A stretch of DNA of 64,000 nucleotides. Source: Acidobacteriota bacterium. Lineage in GTDB: Bacteria > Acidobacteriota > Thermoanaerobaculia > Multivoradales > UBA5704. A program made the translations under genes and the position numbers. Below, in pieces: positions 26,323 to 35,903 of the stretch. The stretch is from positions 260,678-324,677 of the forward strand of contig JBDTZG010000001.1 in the NCBI GenBank assembly GCA_040005235.1. Reading direction: 5' to 3'. The notes beneath the pieces are model-generated. The model had not been told where the DNA came from and made no database searches. It saw nothing but the letters and a program-made list of their open reading frames with translations. Within the stretch, counting starts at the first letter, position 1, and the number at the start of each line of letters is the position of its first letter.

Positions 26323-28125
26323 GTGGAGCGGCAGACCCTGCTCGTCATCGATGCGCAAGAAGAGCGGCGCCGCGCTCTCGCGACCGGTCTTTCCGAGCTC
26401 GCCTACGAGGTGATCCCCGCCGTCACGCTCGACCAGGGGCGGGCGTTCGCCGCCGGCCTCGATCCGCAGGTGCTGGTGCTTGCCGGAGCGCCGGCCGAAC
26501 CGCCCGAGTCGTACGCCGATCTGCTCGCCCGGGCGGAGACCCCCGGCATCACCGTGCTGTTTCTCGCCGCCACTCCGGCGCAGGAGGCCGCAGCGCCCGA
26601 TCGCACGTTGATTCTGCCCCTCGCCGTCGCCGCACCCGCCCTGCTGCTCGAACGGGTCCGCCTGCTGCTGCTCGGTCGCGAGTTGCTCCTCGACGCCGAC
26701 GTCGAACAGGGCGCGCTCGTGGGCGACGTCTCGCGCTGGCCCTTCTTCGCCCTTCTGCCGCGCCTAGAAGGCGCCAAGGCGCGGGGCCGGCTGGTGCTGC
26801 CGGCGGGGGAGATCGTTCTCGATCGGGGAGAGGTGGCGTCCGCGCGCGCGGGCCAGGCGACCGGCTTGAAGGCGTTCTGCCGCCTCGCCGCACCCCGGGC
26901 CGAGGGGATCTTTCGCTTTTACCCCGAAAGCACGCCACCCGAGCGGTCGATCGACCTGCCGACCCGCGAGCTGCTCGCGCGCGCGATCGAAGACAGCCTG
27001 GGCGAGGCGCCCGATCCGCGGACGCGAATCGAGCTGAAGCTCGGCCGCGCCCTATTCGACGCGACGCTCACCCCGCTGCAACGGGAGATTCTCTCGATCG
27101 TGGGCGAGGGGATTCTGGTCGGCCGCCTGCTCGACGGCCTGGCGGCGCCGGACGGCGAGATCGCCCGCGAGATCCGCTCGCTCGAAGCTCGCGGCCTGGT
27201 CGAGGTCCGCCTGTTCCGCGAACGGGTGGCGATCGTCACCGACTCCTCCGCCGACCTGCCCTACGCGGTGCTCAAGCGCGAGGGCATTCACCTGGTGCCG
27301 CTGTCGGTGATCTTCGGCCATCAGACCTACCGCGACGCGGTCGATCTGACGCCGCGGCAGTTCTACGACCTGCTCTCCTCGCGCAGCTCGCATCCGTCCA
27401 CCCAGCCGCCCTCGGTCGAAGATTTCGCCGCCCAATACCGGCGGCTGCGCGGCGCCTCGCACGTTCTCTCGATCCACCTGTCGCGCAAGATGTCGCTCAC
27501 CGAAGAGCATGCGGCGCTCGCCGCCCAGGCGATCGAACGCGAAGAGCCCGACGGCATCGACCCGCCGCTGCCGACGATCCGCGCGATCGACAGCGAACAG
27601 GCGAGCCTGCCGCTCGGCCTGCTCGTCCTGTTCGCCGCCCGGCTCGCCCAGCGCGGTCTGGCGGTGGAAGACATCGCCCACCGCATCGAAGGCATGCGCC
27701 GCCGGCTCCACGCCCATTTCGTCGTCGACACGCTCGAATTTCTCGCCCGAGGCGGCCGCATCGGCCGCGCGCAAGCGATGATGGGCAAACTGCTCGGCAT
27801 CAAGCCGATCCTCGGCCTCTCCGAAGGCGAAGTCGGCCCGGTCGATCGCGTTCGAGGCGGCCGGGCGGCACAGCGCAAGATGGTCGATCTATTGAAGAAG
27901 AAGGTCGACCCCCGCCGCCCGGTGATCGCCGGGGTCGCTCACGCCGCCGCTCCCCTCTGGGCCGAACGGCTGGAAGCAATCCTCCGCGCGGAATTCCAAA
28001 TCGCCGACTTCCTGCTCGCCGAAATGGGGCCGATCGTCGGCACCCACGTCGGCCCGGGAACCGTGGGCGCCGTGGTCTTCCAGCCGTCGGCCGAAGAACT
28101 GGAGCTGTTGCTGCCCGTGAGTTGA
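26323..28125 (+). CDS. DegV family fatty-acid-binding protein fused to pseudo-receiver and DUF4388-like domains
   Basis: C-terminal IVTDSSADLP, STQPPS, IHLSRKMS, VDTLEFLARGGRIG, IKPIL, GTHVGPG. GTG start at 26323 preferred. Confidence 0.85.
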   Translation: MERQTLLVIDAQEERRRALATGLSELAYEVIPAVTLDQGRAFAAGLDPQVLVLAGAPAEPPESYADLLARAETPGITVLFLAATPAQEAAAPDRTLILPLAVAAPALLLERVRLLLLGRELLLDADVEQGALVGDVSRWPFFALLPRLEGAKARGRLVLPAGEIVLDRGEVASARAGQATGLKAFCRLAAPRAEGIFRFYPESTPPERSIDLPTRELLARAIEDSLGEAPDPRTRIELKLGRALFDATLTPLQREILSIVGEGILVGRLLDGLAAPDGEIAREIRSLEARGLVEVRLFRERVAIVTDSSADLPYAVLKREGIHLVPLSVIFGHQTYRDAVDLTPRQFYDLLSSRSSHPSTQPPSVEDFAAQYRRLRGASHVLSIHLSRKMSLTEEHAALAAQAIEREEPDGIDPPLPTIRAIDSEQASLPLGLLVLFAARLAQRGLAVEDIAHRIEGMRRRLHAHFVVDTLEFLARGGRIGRAQAMMGKLLGIKPILGLSEGEVGPVDRVRGGRAAQRKMVDLLKKKVDPRRPVIAGVAHAAAPLWAERLEAILRAEFQIADFLLAEMGPIVGTHVGPGTVGAVVFQPSAEELELLLPVS

Positions 28126-28139
28126 AGCCCGGGAAACCC

Positions 28140-28186
28140 GCGAGCGGTTGAAACCGCTCGCTACGTAACGACGTCCCTGACGGGAC
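28140..28186. repeat. Palindromic REP-like element
   Basis: Hairpin gcgagcgg-ttgaaa-ccgctcgc followed by palindrome gtccctgacgggac. Confidence 0.55.
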
Positions 28187-28220
28187 GTGAACCGCCGCCG
28201 TTCCGACAGTTAATCCTTTC

Positions 28221-28344
28221 GGGTGTTGCTCGTCCTGGGACCGCCGCCGTCTCCGTGGCGTTGCTTCTCTTCCGCTCCGACTAGAGAGATGAATGCCGCC
28301 CCGCAGCGGGGCTTTTCCCCGGGACCGCCGAGCACCAGCTCGGC
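28221..28344. repeat. Two CCTGGGACCGCCG-type REP copies
   Basis: cctgggaccgccgccgtctccgtggc (28234-28259) and ccgggaccgccgagcaccagctcggc (28319-28344). Confidence 0.7.
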
Positions 28345-28362
28345 ACCAACGATCCGCCTCCG

Positions 28363-28656
28363 CTATGGAGCCAGTTCTAGCAAGACCTCAGGGTGCATTC
28401 TGGCGACCTTGATTAGAGTCTTCTTAGCCCCCGAGGGTTCCCTGCGCCCTTGCTCCCAGTCCTGAAGCGTGCGAACAGAAACTCCCAGCAGCGCGGCGAA
28501 CGAAGCCTGGGACAATCCCGCCCCTTGGCGGGCTTCGACGATGCCGGGAGACGCGGGGGTATGCACCCGTCCGCGCAATCCAGCTTTCATTTCACGAACC
28601 GACTGAAGCAATTGCGCCCCAAGCTCCTCACCGGAGGCAGCAAGCAACTGTTCCAC
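28363..28656 (-). CDS. XRE-family HTH protein (HigA/NadS-like antitoxin)
   Basis: LLQSVREMKAG...ARQGAGLSQASFAALLGVSVRTLQDWEQGRREPSG...HPEVL. Confidence 0.85.
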   Translation of the reverse strand: MEQLLAASGEELGAQLLQSVREMKAGLRGRVHTPASPGIVEARQGAGLSQASFAALLGVSVRTLQDWEQGRREPSGAKKTLIKVARMHPEVLLELAP

Positions 28657-28685
28657 GAGGACTTTCCCCCGACAACCTGGCCGAA

Positions 28686-28728
28686 GGGTGTGCTCGTCCT
28701 GGGACCGCCGGCGTCTCGCCGGCGTTTT
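28686..28728. repeat. REP copy forming a direct repeat with 28221-28262
   Basis: gggtgtgctcgtcctgggaccgccggcgtctcgccggcgtt versus gggtgttgctcgtcctgggaccgccgccgtctccgtggcgtt. Confidence 0.75.
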
Positions 28729-28826
28729 CCTTTCGAAGTGCCTCGTCTCTCTGTAGACAAAAGTTGTACGTTGATTCGGTGCCTGTATGGGTCTAGCGTT
28801 GTCACAACAACCCTAAGGAGGAAAGC

Positions 28827-29096
28827 ATGAAAATCTTTCGGCTTTCGCTGTTGTTGCTCGCGCTCGTCTCACCGGTCATGGCCCAGGACTCCGCCAAGAA
28901 GACCGATCCGCCACAGAAGGGCGGCGGCGCTCCCGTGCTGGACAAGAGCCTGTTCAAGCCTGCGGAGACGGCTTGCTGGGGCGACTATTATTGCTATGCG
29001 AACCCTGAGATCACTTACGAGTGCTGCGACGGACTCGCTTGCCAAGCGGTGTGTGAAGACACGTGCCGCGGACATTGCGATGGATACGACGAGTAG
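28827..29096 (+). CDS. Small secreted Cys-rich protein (89 aa)
   Basis: AGGAGG RBS; signal peptide MKIFRLSLLLLALVSPVMA; C-terminal 40 aa with 8 Cys; terminator downstream. Confidence 0.8.
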   Translation: MKIFRLSLLLLALVSPVMAQDSAKKTDPPQKGGGAPVLDKSLFKPAETACWGDYYCYANPEITYECCDGLACQAVCEDTCRGHCDGYDE

Positions 29097-29111
29097 TTGC
29101 TGACCGCTAAC

Positions 29112-29148
29112 CCCCGGGAGCGGTACTCGGCGCTCCCGGGGTTCTTCT
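29112..29148 (+). terminator. Rho-independent terminator
   Basis: Stem ccccgggagcg/cgctcccgggg followed by ttcttct. Confidence 0.75.
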
Positions 29149-29185
29149 GACCGCGCGAGCTCCTGCTCGACGCGCTGAAACCCTC

Positions 29186-29689
29186 CTAGGGCTTTAGGCC
29201 CGATTCCCGCGTCATCTCGATCATCGTCCGACGGAATCCCGCGCGGGCGAACAGGCGTTGCGCCGCCCCGTTTTTCTCCGCCGTCGAGAGCACGACCCGG
29301 GGCGCGCCTTTCTCTTCGAGAGCTTCAAGCGTCGCGTCGAGCAGCAGACGGCCGATGCCCTGTCCGCGATGTGCCGGATGGACCACGATGTCGTACAGCA
29401 CGCCCGCCGGGCCGCGCAGCGACATGTAATCCGTCCCCTCGACTCCGGCATACGTGTAGCCGACCACCTCGCCGCGGTCCTCGGCGACCCGGAGGATGAC
29501 GTTCGGCTCGTCGAGCTGCGTGCCGAGATACGCGCCGTATCCGTGCTCGGTCTGCGGCGTCGCCGGGATGAAGCGATCCGGGTCGAAGTCGTGGTGCGTG
29601 CGGACCAAGAGCGCGCCGAGCCGGCCAATCGCTTCGAGGTCCGCGGGCGCCGCGGGGCGGAGGAGAACGGCCGCTCGCTCTTCGTTCAT
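29186..29689 (-). CDS. GNAT family N-acetyltransferase
   Basis: VHPAHRGQGIGRLLL, NGAAQRLFARAGF. Confidence 0.88.
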   Translation of the reverse strand: MNEERAAVLLRPAAPADLEAIGRLGALLVRTHHDFDPDRFIPATPQTEHGYGAYLGTQLDEPNVILRVAEDRGEVVGYTYAGVEGTDYMSLRGPAGVLYDIVVHPAHRGQGIGRLLLDATLEALEEKGAPRVVLSTAEKNGAAQRLFARAGFRRTMIEMTRESGLKP

Positions 29690-29788
29690 ACCCTCATCTT
29701 AGACCGTGCTCCTCGATCGCCGAGACTTCGGGGCCGCTGTTTCCCAGCTTGCGCGGTTGCATCATTTTCCTCCAGAGTCTTTAGATCG

Positions 29789-30847
29789 TCATTCGGATTT
29801 GAGAGAAGCCATGTCGATCGAGAAGCGGTACTTCACATCCGAACGGAGCATTCTCTCGAACGCCTCATTGACCTTCTGAATGGGGATGACCTCGACGTCG
29901 GCGGTGATGCCGTGGGCGCCGCAAAAGTCGAGCATCTCCTGGGTCTCGGCGATGCCGCCGATCAGCGAGCCGGAGAGTCTGTGGCGTCCGAAGATCAGGG
30001 CGAAGGCCGAGACGGCCAGAGGCTTTTCCGGCGCGCCGACGAGAGTCATGTTGCCGTCGATGCCGAGCAAATTCAAATAGGCGTTGACGTCGTGATCGGC
30101 CGAGACGGTGTCGAGGATGAAGTCGAAGCTGCCCGCGTGCTTTTCCATCTCGTTGGCGTTCTTGGAAACCACGATCTCATCGGCGCCGAGGCGCAGCGCG
30201 TCGTCTTTCTTGTCGGGCGACGTGGTGAAGACGACGACCTGGGCACCGAACGCATGAGCGAGCTTGACGCCCATGTGGCCCAGCCCGCCGAGACCGACCA
30301 CGCCGACTTTCTTGCCCGGGCCGACGCCCGCGCGGCGCAAGGGCGAGTAGGTGGTGATGCCGGCGCAGAGAAGCGGGGCGGCACCGGCGAGGTCGAGGTT
30401 TTCCGGGAGGCGTAGGACGAAGCGCTCATTGACCACGATGCTGTCGGAATAGCCGCCGTAGGTGACGCCGCCGAGGTGCGGGTCTGGCGAGTTGTAGGTA
30501 AAGGTGCCCGCGGCGCAGAACTGCTCGAGGTGAGCCAGGCACTGGGGGCAGGTACCGTCCGAGTCGACGATACAGCCGACCCCGGCGAGGTCGCCCGCTT
30601 TATGCCGGGTAACACCCGAGCCGACCTGGGTGATCCGGCCGATGATCTCGTGGCCGGGGACCAGCGGGTAGACCGTCGGACTGGCGCCGCTCCATTCGTT
30701 CCGCGCCTGGTGGAGGTCGGAGTGGCAGATGCCGCAAAAGAGGATTTCGATCTGTACGTCGTGCTCGCCGGGATCGCGCCGCGCGATCGTCGTAGAGGCG
30801 AGTGGCGAGGTCGGACTGTCGGTGGAATAGGCTTTCGCGTTGAACAT
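29789..30847 (-). CDS. Zn-dependent NAD(P) alcohol dehydrogenase (cinnamyl-ADH/YahK-like)
   Basis: CGICHSD, PGHE, APLLCAGITTYSPL, GLGGLG, DVKYRFSID; AGGAG RBS before ATG 30847. Confidence 0.92.
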   Translation of the reverse strand: MFNAKAYSTDSPTSPLASTTIARRDPGEHDVQIEILFCGICHSDLHQARNEWSGASPTVYPLVPGHEIIGRITQVGSGVTRHKAGDLAGVGCIVDSDGTCPQCLAHLEQFCAAGTFTYNSPDPHLGGVTYGGYSDSIVVNERFVLRLPENLDLAGAAPLLCAGITTYSPLRRAGVGPGKKVGVVGLGGLGHMGVKLAHAFGAQVVVFTTSPDKKDDALRLGADEIVVSKNANEMEKHAGSFDFILDTVSADHDVNAYLNLLGIDGNMTLVGAPEKPLAVSAFALIFGRHRLSGSLIGGIAETQEMLDFCGAHGITADVEVIPIQKVNEAFERMLRSDVKYRFSIDMASLKSE

Positions 30848-30946
30848 GGAGGCTCCTGAGGTCATGGGGCGAAAACGTCGATTCGCCCGCCTTGGTTTGC
30901 CCCATGGTACCCGCTCTTGTCGGCTCGGTTGGCGATCGAGAGCCTC

Positions 30947-32158
30947 CTACCCGCGCACCAGCTCCACCCGCCGGTTCTGGCTCCGGCCGACTGCCGTGTC
31001 GTTCGAGGCCACGGGCTTGGAGGCGCCGAGGCCGACCGCGGTCAGGCGCGCGGCGGCGATGCCGCCCTGGACGAGGTAGGCCTTCACCGACTCGGCGCGG
31101 CGCTTCGAGAGCGGCTGGTTATGCTCGGCGCCGCCGGACGCGTCGGTGTGCCCCTCGATCATCATCTTCCAGCCGGCGTTGGCCTTGAGCAGAGCGGCAA
31201 TGCGGTCGAGCGTGGGTTTGGACTCGTCCTTGATCACGTCCGAGTCGGTGTCGAAATTGATGCCGTAGACGCGCGTCCGTCCTTCCGTCTGCAGATCCTG
31301 GGTCATCTGCTCCTGGGCGCCTCCCGACCAGTGGGGGCAGCTGCCCACGGTGGCGCTCTTGCGGGTGCCGTTCCAGAAGCCTCCGGGCCCGGTTTCACCC
31401 TCGTTCCACCAGAGGCCGAACAGCTGCTTGCCGTCGGGGGAGAAGACCATGATCGCCGGACCTTTCTGGCCCTCGTCTTCCCGCCAGATGAACTTCATGA
31501 CGCGCCCCTCAATGCCGCCCGTCAGCACACCGCTGTCATGCTCGTAGCAACCGGTCACCGAGGTGCCCTGCTGCTTGAGGTGGAAGTCGCTGAAGTTGGT
31601 CTCGTACGTTCCGCTCGCGTCGGGGAAGGGGGTCTTCGTGAGCTGCGTGCCGTAGGCCCGGAAGTCCATCAGCTCCATGTAGTCCTTGGCGCCGTGATTG
31701 GTCTTGATGGTCAGGCGCAGCCAGCGGCCGGGTACCTCGGCGGATACGGGGAATTTCTGGTTGTCGGCCTTGTCCTTGAGAGCGACCTCGGCGATTTTCT
31801 TGAAGCCGTCCTTGGCGCTGGTTTCCGAGACCTCGACGAGGACATCCTTCGCCCCTCGGTTCTCGCCGTCGGTGCTCCCGGTATCGAACTCGAGCCTCTG
31901 GAGGGCCGTCCTCTCGGGGAGGGCGACGACGACTATCTGCGGGGTGAGCACCCCCTCGGGCGTTGCCCAGCCGGTGTCCGGTCGTTCGTCGAAGATCCAG
32001 AAGGCGGACCACCCTTCGCCGTACTCCTGGGGCTTCTGGACCACCAGGGCACCGGACGAGAACGACACCAAGCTCGGCTCGGGGGCCGGCGGCGCCGCGG
32101 AGGAAGATCGCGCGAGAAGCAGAGTGGCCAGAACAAGGGGCGAAGTCAATCGACGCAT
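30947..32158 (-). CDS. OmpA-family protein with N-terminal discoidin-like beta-sandwich
   Basis: Signal peptide; C-terminal GINFDTDS...IEGHTD...LSKRRAESV...NRRVEL. Confidence 0.9.
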   Translation of the reverse strand: MRRLTSPLVLATLLLARSSSAAPPAPEPSLVSFSSGALVVQKPQEYGEGWSAFWIFDERPDTGWATPEGVLTPQIVVVALPERTALQRLEFDTGSTDGENRGAKDVLVEVSETSAKDGFKKIAEVALKDKADNQKFPVSAEVPGRWLRLTIKTNHGAKDYMELMDFRAYGTQLTKTPFPDASGTYETNFSDFHLKQQGTSVTGCYEHDSGVLTGGIEGRVMKFIWREDEGQKGPAIMVFSPDGKQLFGLWWNEGETGPGGFWNGTRKSATVGSCPHWSGGAQEQMTQDLQTEGRTRVYGINFDTDSDVIKDESKPTLDRIAALLKANAGWKMMIEGHTDASGGAEHNQPLSKRRAESVKAYLVQGGIAAARLTAVGLGASKPVASNDTAVGRSQNRRVELVRG

Positions 32159-32258
32159 GGGGAAAACTCCTTCGAGTCAGGAGGACGTCTCGGTCCTTTC
32201 CTGATACGAACATGGATACCACAGCCGGCCTCCAGCGGAGGCGGAGTGGTGAGTTTTT

Positions 32259-32338
32259 CCTGGGAGCGCCGAGCACCAGCTCGGCATCGCGGCGGGGAGA
32301 ACCTAAAAACGGCTGAGCTGGTGCTCGGCGCCCCCAGG
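32259..32338. repeat. Inverted REP pair nearly identical to the RAYT-flanking REPs
   Basis: cctgggagcgccgagcaccagctcggc (32259-32285) and gctgagctggtgctcggcgcccccagg (32312-32338). Confidence 0.85.
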
Positions 32339-32402
32339 GAAAGGCCCCGCCAAGAGAGCGGGGGAGAGGTAGGCAGGCTCCCCCCCGAGAAGCGCCTTCC
32401 CT

Positions 32403-32835
32403 TTACCGCTTACAGAAATAGCCGCGGTCGTAGTAGTTGGGCCGGCCGCTGCCGTCCTTGAAGGTGGGTGTTGTAGTTCTCGACCCGCAGCGAGCCGGCG
32501 TCGAGCAGGCCGGTGACGATCGTGTCCTTGAAGGGGAAGTTGTAGATCGCAGTAAACGCGATCGCCGGACCGCCCGCGACCGAGGTCGCGTAGGCGAGGC
32601 CCTTGACCGCCCCCCAATCGCAGGGGGTGGGGACGCAGGCGCCGAAGACGTGGACGTTGAGCACGCCGCCCGTCTCGGTGATCTCGACGCGAACGATGCC
32701 GCGGGTCGCTTTGTGGCAGGCTTGCCACGTGCCGATCAGCGGAGCGGCGGTGGCAGCTGCGGCGGCTTCGGCGGCGGCGCCTGCTTTGGCGGCGTGAGGG
32801 GTGTCGTTCGGAGTGTTGAACTTGGGATCGGACAT
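32403..32835 (-). pseudogene. Small beta-rich hypothetical protein with a +1 frameshift near its 3' end
   Basis: GTW...RGI...VHVFGACVPTPCDWG motif. Removing one CACC of the CACCCACC tandem (about 32463-32470) gives ...VENYNTFKDGSGRPNYYDRGYFCKR*. Confidence 0.6.
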
Positions 32836-33058
32836 GAGAGGGTAGCTCCGCTCGGAGCGCGAGCCCGGACCGCTCCGGGCAGGGCCGGCGCCAGACGCGC
32901 CTATTGGAGTTGGCGAAGGGGAAGCTGCTACGTTACGTGCGGAGTCCGAATTCTTGAAATCGGCGCGACGCCCTGCGGCCCGCTTCCGTAAGATCGACAG
33001 AACCGACACTATGAGGAGCCGCGTGCGGGTACCGGCGCGGCGTCAGAGGGAGATCGTC

Positions 33059-35803
33059 ATGATTCGCCGGGCCGCGCTTCGCCTCTCAATCGCCGTCTTT
33101 GTCGCAGTCTTTGCCGTCACGGGCCTTCCTGGAATCGGCGCGACTCCCGCGATGCTGGTGCGCGATCTGCGTCATCAGCCCGGCCCGAACCTTTCTTCGA
33201 ACCCTTCCGCGATGGTCTCGCTGGGCAGCGTGGCTCTGTTTGCGGCGCGCACTCCCTTGTTGGGCAACGAACTGTACCGGACCGACGGCACCGCCGGGGG
33301 TACCTCGCTCGTCGCGGACCTCTGCCCCGGAATCTGCGATTCGATCGACTCCGAACCACCGGTCGCGGTCGCCGGCCGCGCGTTCTTTCTCGCCGAGGAC
33401 GGCGCGCGGGGCAACGAGCTCTGGACCAGTGACGGCACACAGGGGGGGACGCGGCCCCTTCTGGATGTCGCGCCGGGGCCGGCTGAAGGTTTTTACTTCT
33501 TCCTTCTCGATGGCGGCGACCGTTTGCTGTTCGAGACCTTCGGCCCGCCCTTCGAAGGGCGTGACTTCTGGTCGAGCGACGGCACGGTCGCAGGCACCGT
33601 TCGGTTCGCGCACCTGGCGGACGGCCCGGAGGGTGGGATCGTGATCCCTGGAGACCCCGCGCCCGGAGGTCCGCTGTCGGGCGGCCGGAGGCTCTATCTG
33701 CACAATTTCAGCCCCGCCGCTTCCCTCGACGAGCTTTGGGAGAGCGACGGCACGGCGGCTGGAACCCGGCGGGTGCTCGCGCTTTCATCCGACGCGGAAG
33801 AGTCGATCTGCTCGGATCGTCCGGATCTGCCGCGGGTTGAGGCGGGCGATCTCTATTTTGCCGCGGGCACCGCGGTCACCGGTTGCGAGCTCTGGCGAGT
33901 CTCCCACGGCGTAGCCGCGCCTTTCTCGGATCTGGGCGCAGGGGCGACTTCCTCGCACCCGAGATCCTTCGTTCGCCAAGGCGCCTGGACGCTCTTCACG
34001 GTCGATCGGGTCGAAGGAGGAAGCGAGCTGTGGACCACCGACGGCACGCTCGAACGGACGCTGCCGGCCTCCCCGGCCGGTTCGCGTGTCGGCACCTCTC
34101 CGGCCTACCTGGGCAGCCATTCCGCGCGCGCCTACTTCGCCGCCGAAACCCCCGAAGAGGGGCGCGAGCTGTGGGCGACCGAGGGACCTCCGGGGACATT
34201 CCGGTCGCTCGTAGATTTCGTGGTCGGGCCGGGTTCTTCAGACCCGCAGCCGGCGGGCGTGGCGCGCAACCGGCTCTTTTTCTGGACCTCTCACCCGGAT
34301 CGGGGAAACGAGCTTCGGGCCGCGTCCTTGGGCGACATTCGAACCGTCGCGCGCGCTCGTGAACAGGGGGCGCCGGGTGCTTTCGCGGCGGTCGGAGAGC
34401 GGGCGGTCTTCGGCGCGGATCTCGGCCTCGGCCTGGGCGTCGAGCTGGCGGTGACCAACGGGTTCCCGGGAAGCACCGGATTGGTGCGCGACCTGGCTGA
34501 GGGCGATCCCTCCTCGTTCCCGAGACAGCTCACCCGGGTGGCGGATCGCCTTCTGTTTACCGCGATCGACGACGCCCTCGGCGGCGAAGTTTGGCGAACC
34601 GACGGCACGACAGCAGGGACCGAGTTGGTCGCCGACCTGACCCCGGGCCGGCCTGAGGGAGCGCTTTCCCCCTTCCTCCTCGCGCCGACCGCTTCGGGAG
34701 TGGTGCTCGAAGCGCCGGACGGTTCGATTCGCCACGCCCCTGCGCGGCGCGGCGGCATCGACCTGTTGTTCCGCCCCGCGAGCGAGGTTCGCGGAGCCCA
34801 ACCGGGGTTCCGCCTCGGCGCCAAGGCTCTGTTCTTCGCTCCGGTGGGCGACGCCGAGACTCCGCGGTTCGAGCTCTGGCGATCGGATGGACGTCCCGCG
34901 ACGACCCGGCGGCTGGCCGGCATCGCGGGATTCGGCAGTTTGGGTTACGCGGTGAATTCTGCGGTCGATCCTGAACGAGGCCGTGCCTTCTTCATTCCCT
35001 CGTTCATCGATGTCCAGTTCGGGCTGATCCCCCAGGGACTCTGGATCACCGACGGCACCGCGGACGGCACCCGGCGCGCTCTCGCCGACCCGTGCGATCA
35101 CTGCTCCGGCAACTTTGGCGACGCCATCATCGGCCCCGGCGGGCGGTTTTTCTACGTTGCCGAAGACCGCGGCGAAGACGTCTCCCAGCTTTGGGCGAGC
35201 GACGGCACACAGCCCGGGACCGAGAAGCTGGCCGAATCGCCGAACCTCATCGACGGCGATCCGATCCGCTCGCTCGCGCGGCTCGGCGACCTGCTCTTGT
35301 TCGCCGCCTCCGACCCGGAGCACGGCCAGGAACTGTGGGTGAGCGACGGCACGGCAGGCGGTACCCGCCTCCTGGTCGATCTACGTCCGGGCGCAGCGCC
35401 GTCGTGGCCGGATGGGATCACCGTGGTCGGCGACCGGGCCTTCTTCTCGGCCGACGACGGGATCGCCGGCCGCGAGCTGTGGGCGACCGACGGCACGGAG
35501 GAGGGGACCTATCGCGTCTCCGACCTGCGCCCGGGGACTCGCTCCGCGGTACCGCAGGCTCTCACCGCGATCGGCAACCGGTTGGTGTTCGCGGCCGACG
35601 ACGGCCGGCACGGGCTTGAGGTTTGGGTCAGCGACGGCACCGCCGACGGAACCCGGCTCGCGAGCGACGTGCAGGCCGGACGATTGCCCTCCTCTCCGAG
35701 CGATTTCGTTGTACTCGGTTCCGATCTGCTGTTCGTGGCCTCGCGCGCCACGACCGGGCGCGAGCTGTTTCGTCTGCCGCTTGCGGCGCTCGACACGCCC
35801 TGA
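33059..35803 (+). CDS. ELWxxDGT repeat secreted beta-propeller protein (paralog 1)
   Basis: Signal peptide and many GxELWxSDGTxxGT repeats. Confidence 0.9.
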   Translation: MIRRAALRLSIAVFVAVFAVTGLPGIGATPAMLVRDLRHQPGPNLSSNPSAMVSLGSVALFAARTPLLGNELYRTDGTAGGTSLVADLCPGICDSIDSEPPVAVAGRAFFLAEDGARGNELWTSDGTQGGTRPLLDVAPGPAEGFYFFLLDGGDRLLFETFGPPFEGRDFWSSDGTVAGTVRFAHLADGPEGGIVIPGDPAPGGPLSGGRRLYLHNFSPAASLDELWESDGTAAGTRRVLALSSDAEESICSDRPDLPRVEAGDLYFAAGTAVTGCELWRVSHGVAAPFSDLGAGATSSHPRSFVRQGAWTLFTVDRVEGGSELWTTDGTLERTLPASPAGSRVGTSPAYLGSHSARAYFAAETPEEGRELWATEGPPGTFRSLVDFVVGPGSSDPQPAGVARNRLFFWTSHPDRGNELRAASLGDIRTVARAREQGAPGAFAAVGERAVFGADLGLGLGVELAVTNGFPGSTGLVRDLAEGDPSSFPRQLTRVADRLLFTAIDDALGGEVWRTDGTTAGTELVADLTPGRPEGALSPFLLAPTASGVVLEAPDGSIRHAPARRGGIDLLFRPASEVRGAQPGFRLGAKALFFAPVGDAETPRFELWRSDGRPATTRRLAGIAGFGSLGYAVNSAVDPERGRAFFIPSFIDVQFGLIPQGLWITDGTADGTRRALADPCDHCSGNFGDAIIGPGGRFFYVAEDRGEDVSQLWASDGTQPGTEKLAESPNLIDGDPIRSLARLGDLLLFAASDPEHGQELWVSDGTAGGTRLLVDLRPGAAPSWPDGITVVGDRAFFSADDGIAGRELWATDGTEEGTYRVSDLRPGTRSAVPQALTAIGNRLVFAADDGRHGLEVWVSDGTADGTRLASDVQAGRLPSSPSDFVVLGSDLLFVASRATTGRELFRLPLAALDTP

Positions 35804-35903
35804 GGGTTTGGGATCGAACCCCGGAGGGCTGACGCCGAACCTCTGTGAATTCTGGGACAAACCCGGTAGGGTCGGTTTCACACCCCTCTGGAGGAACCGA
35901 TCG

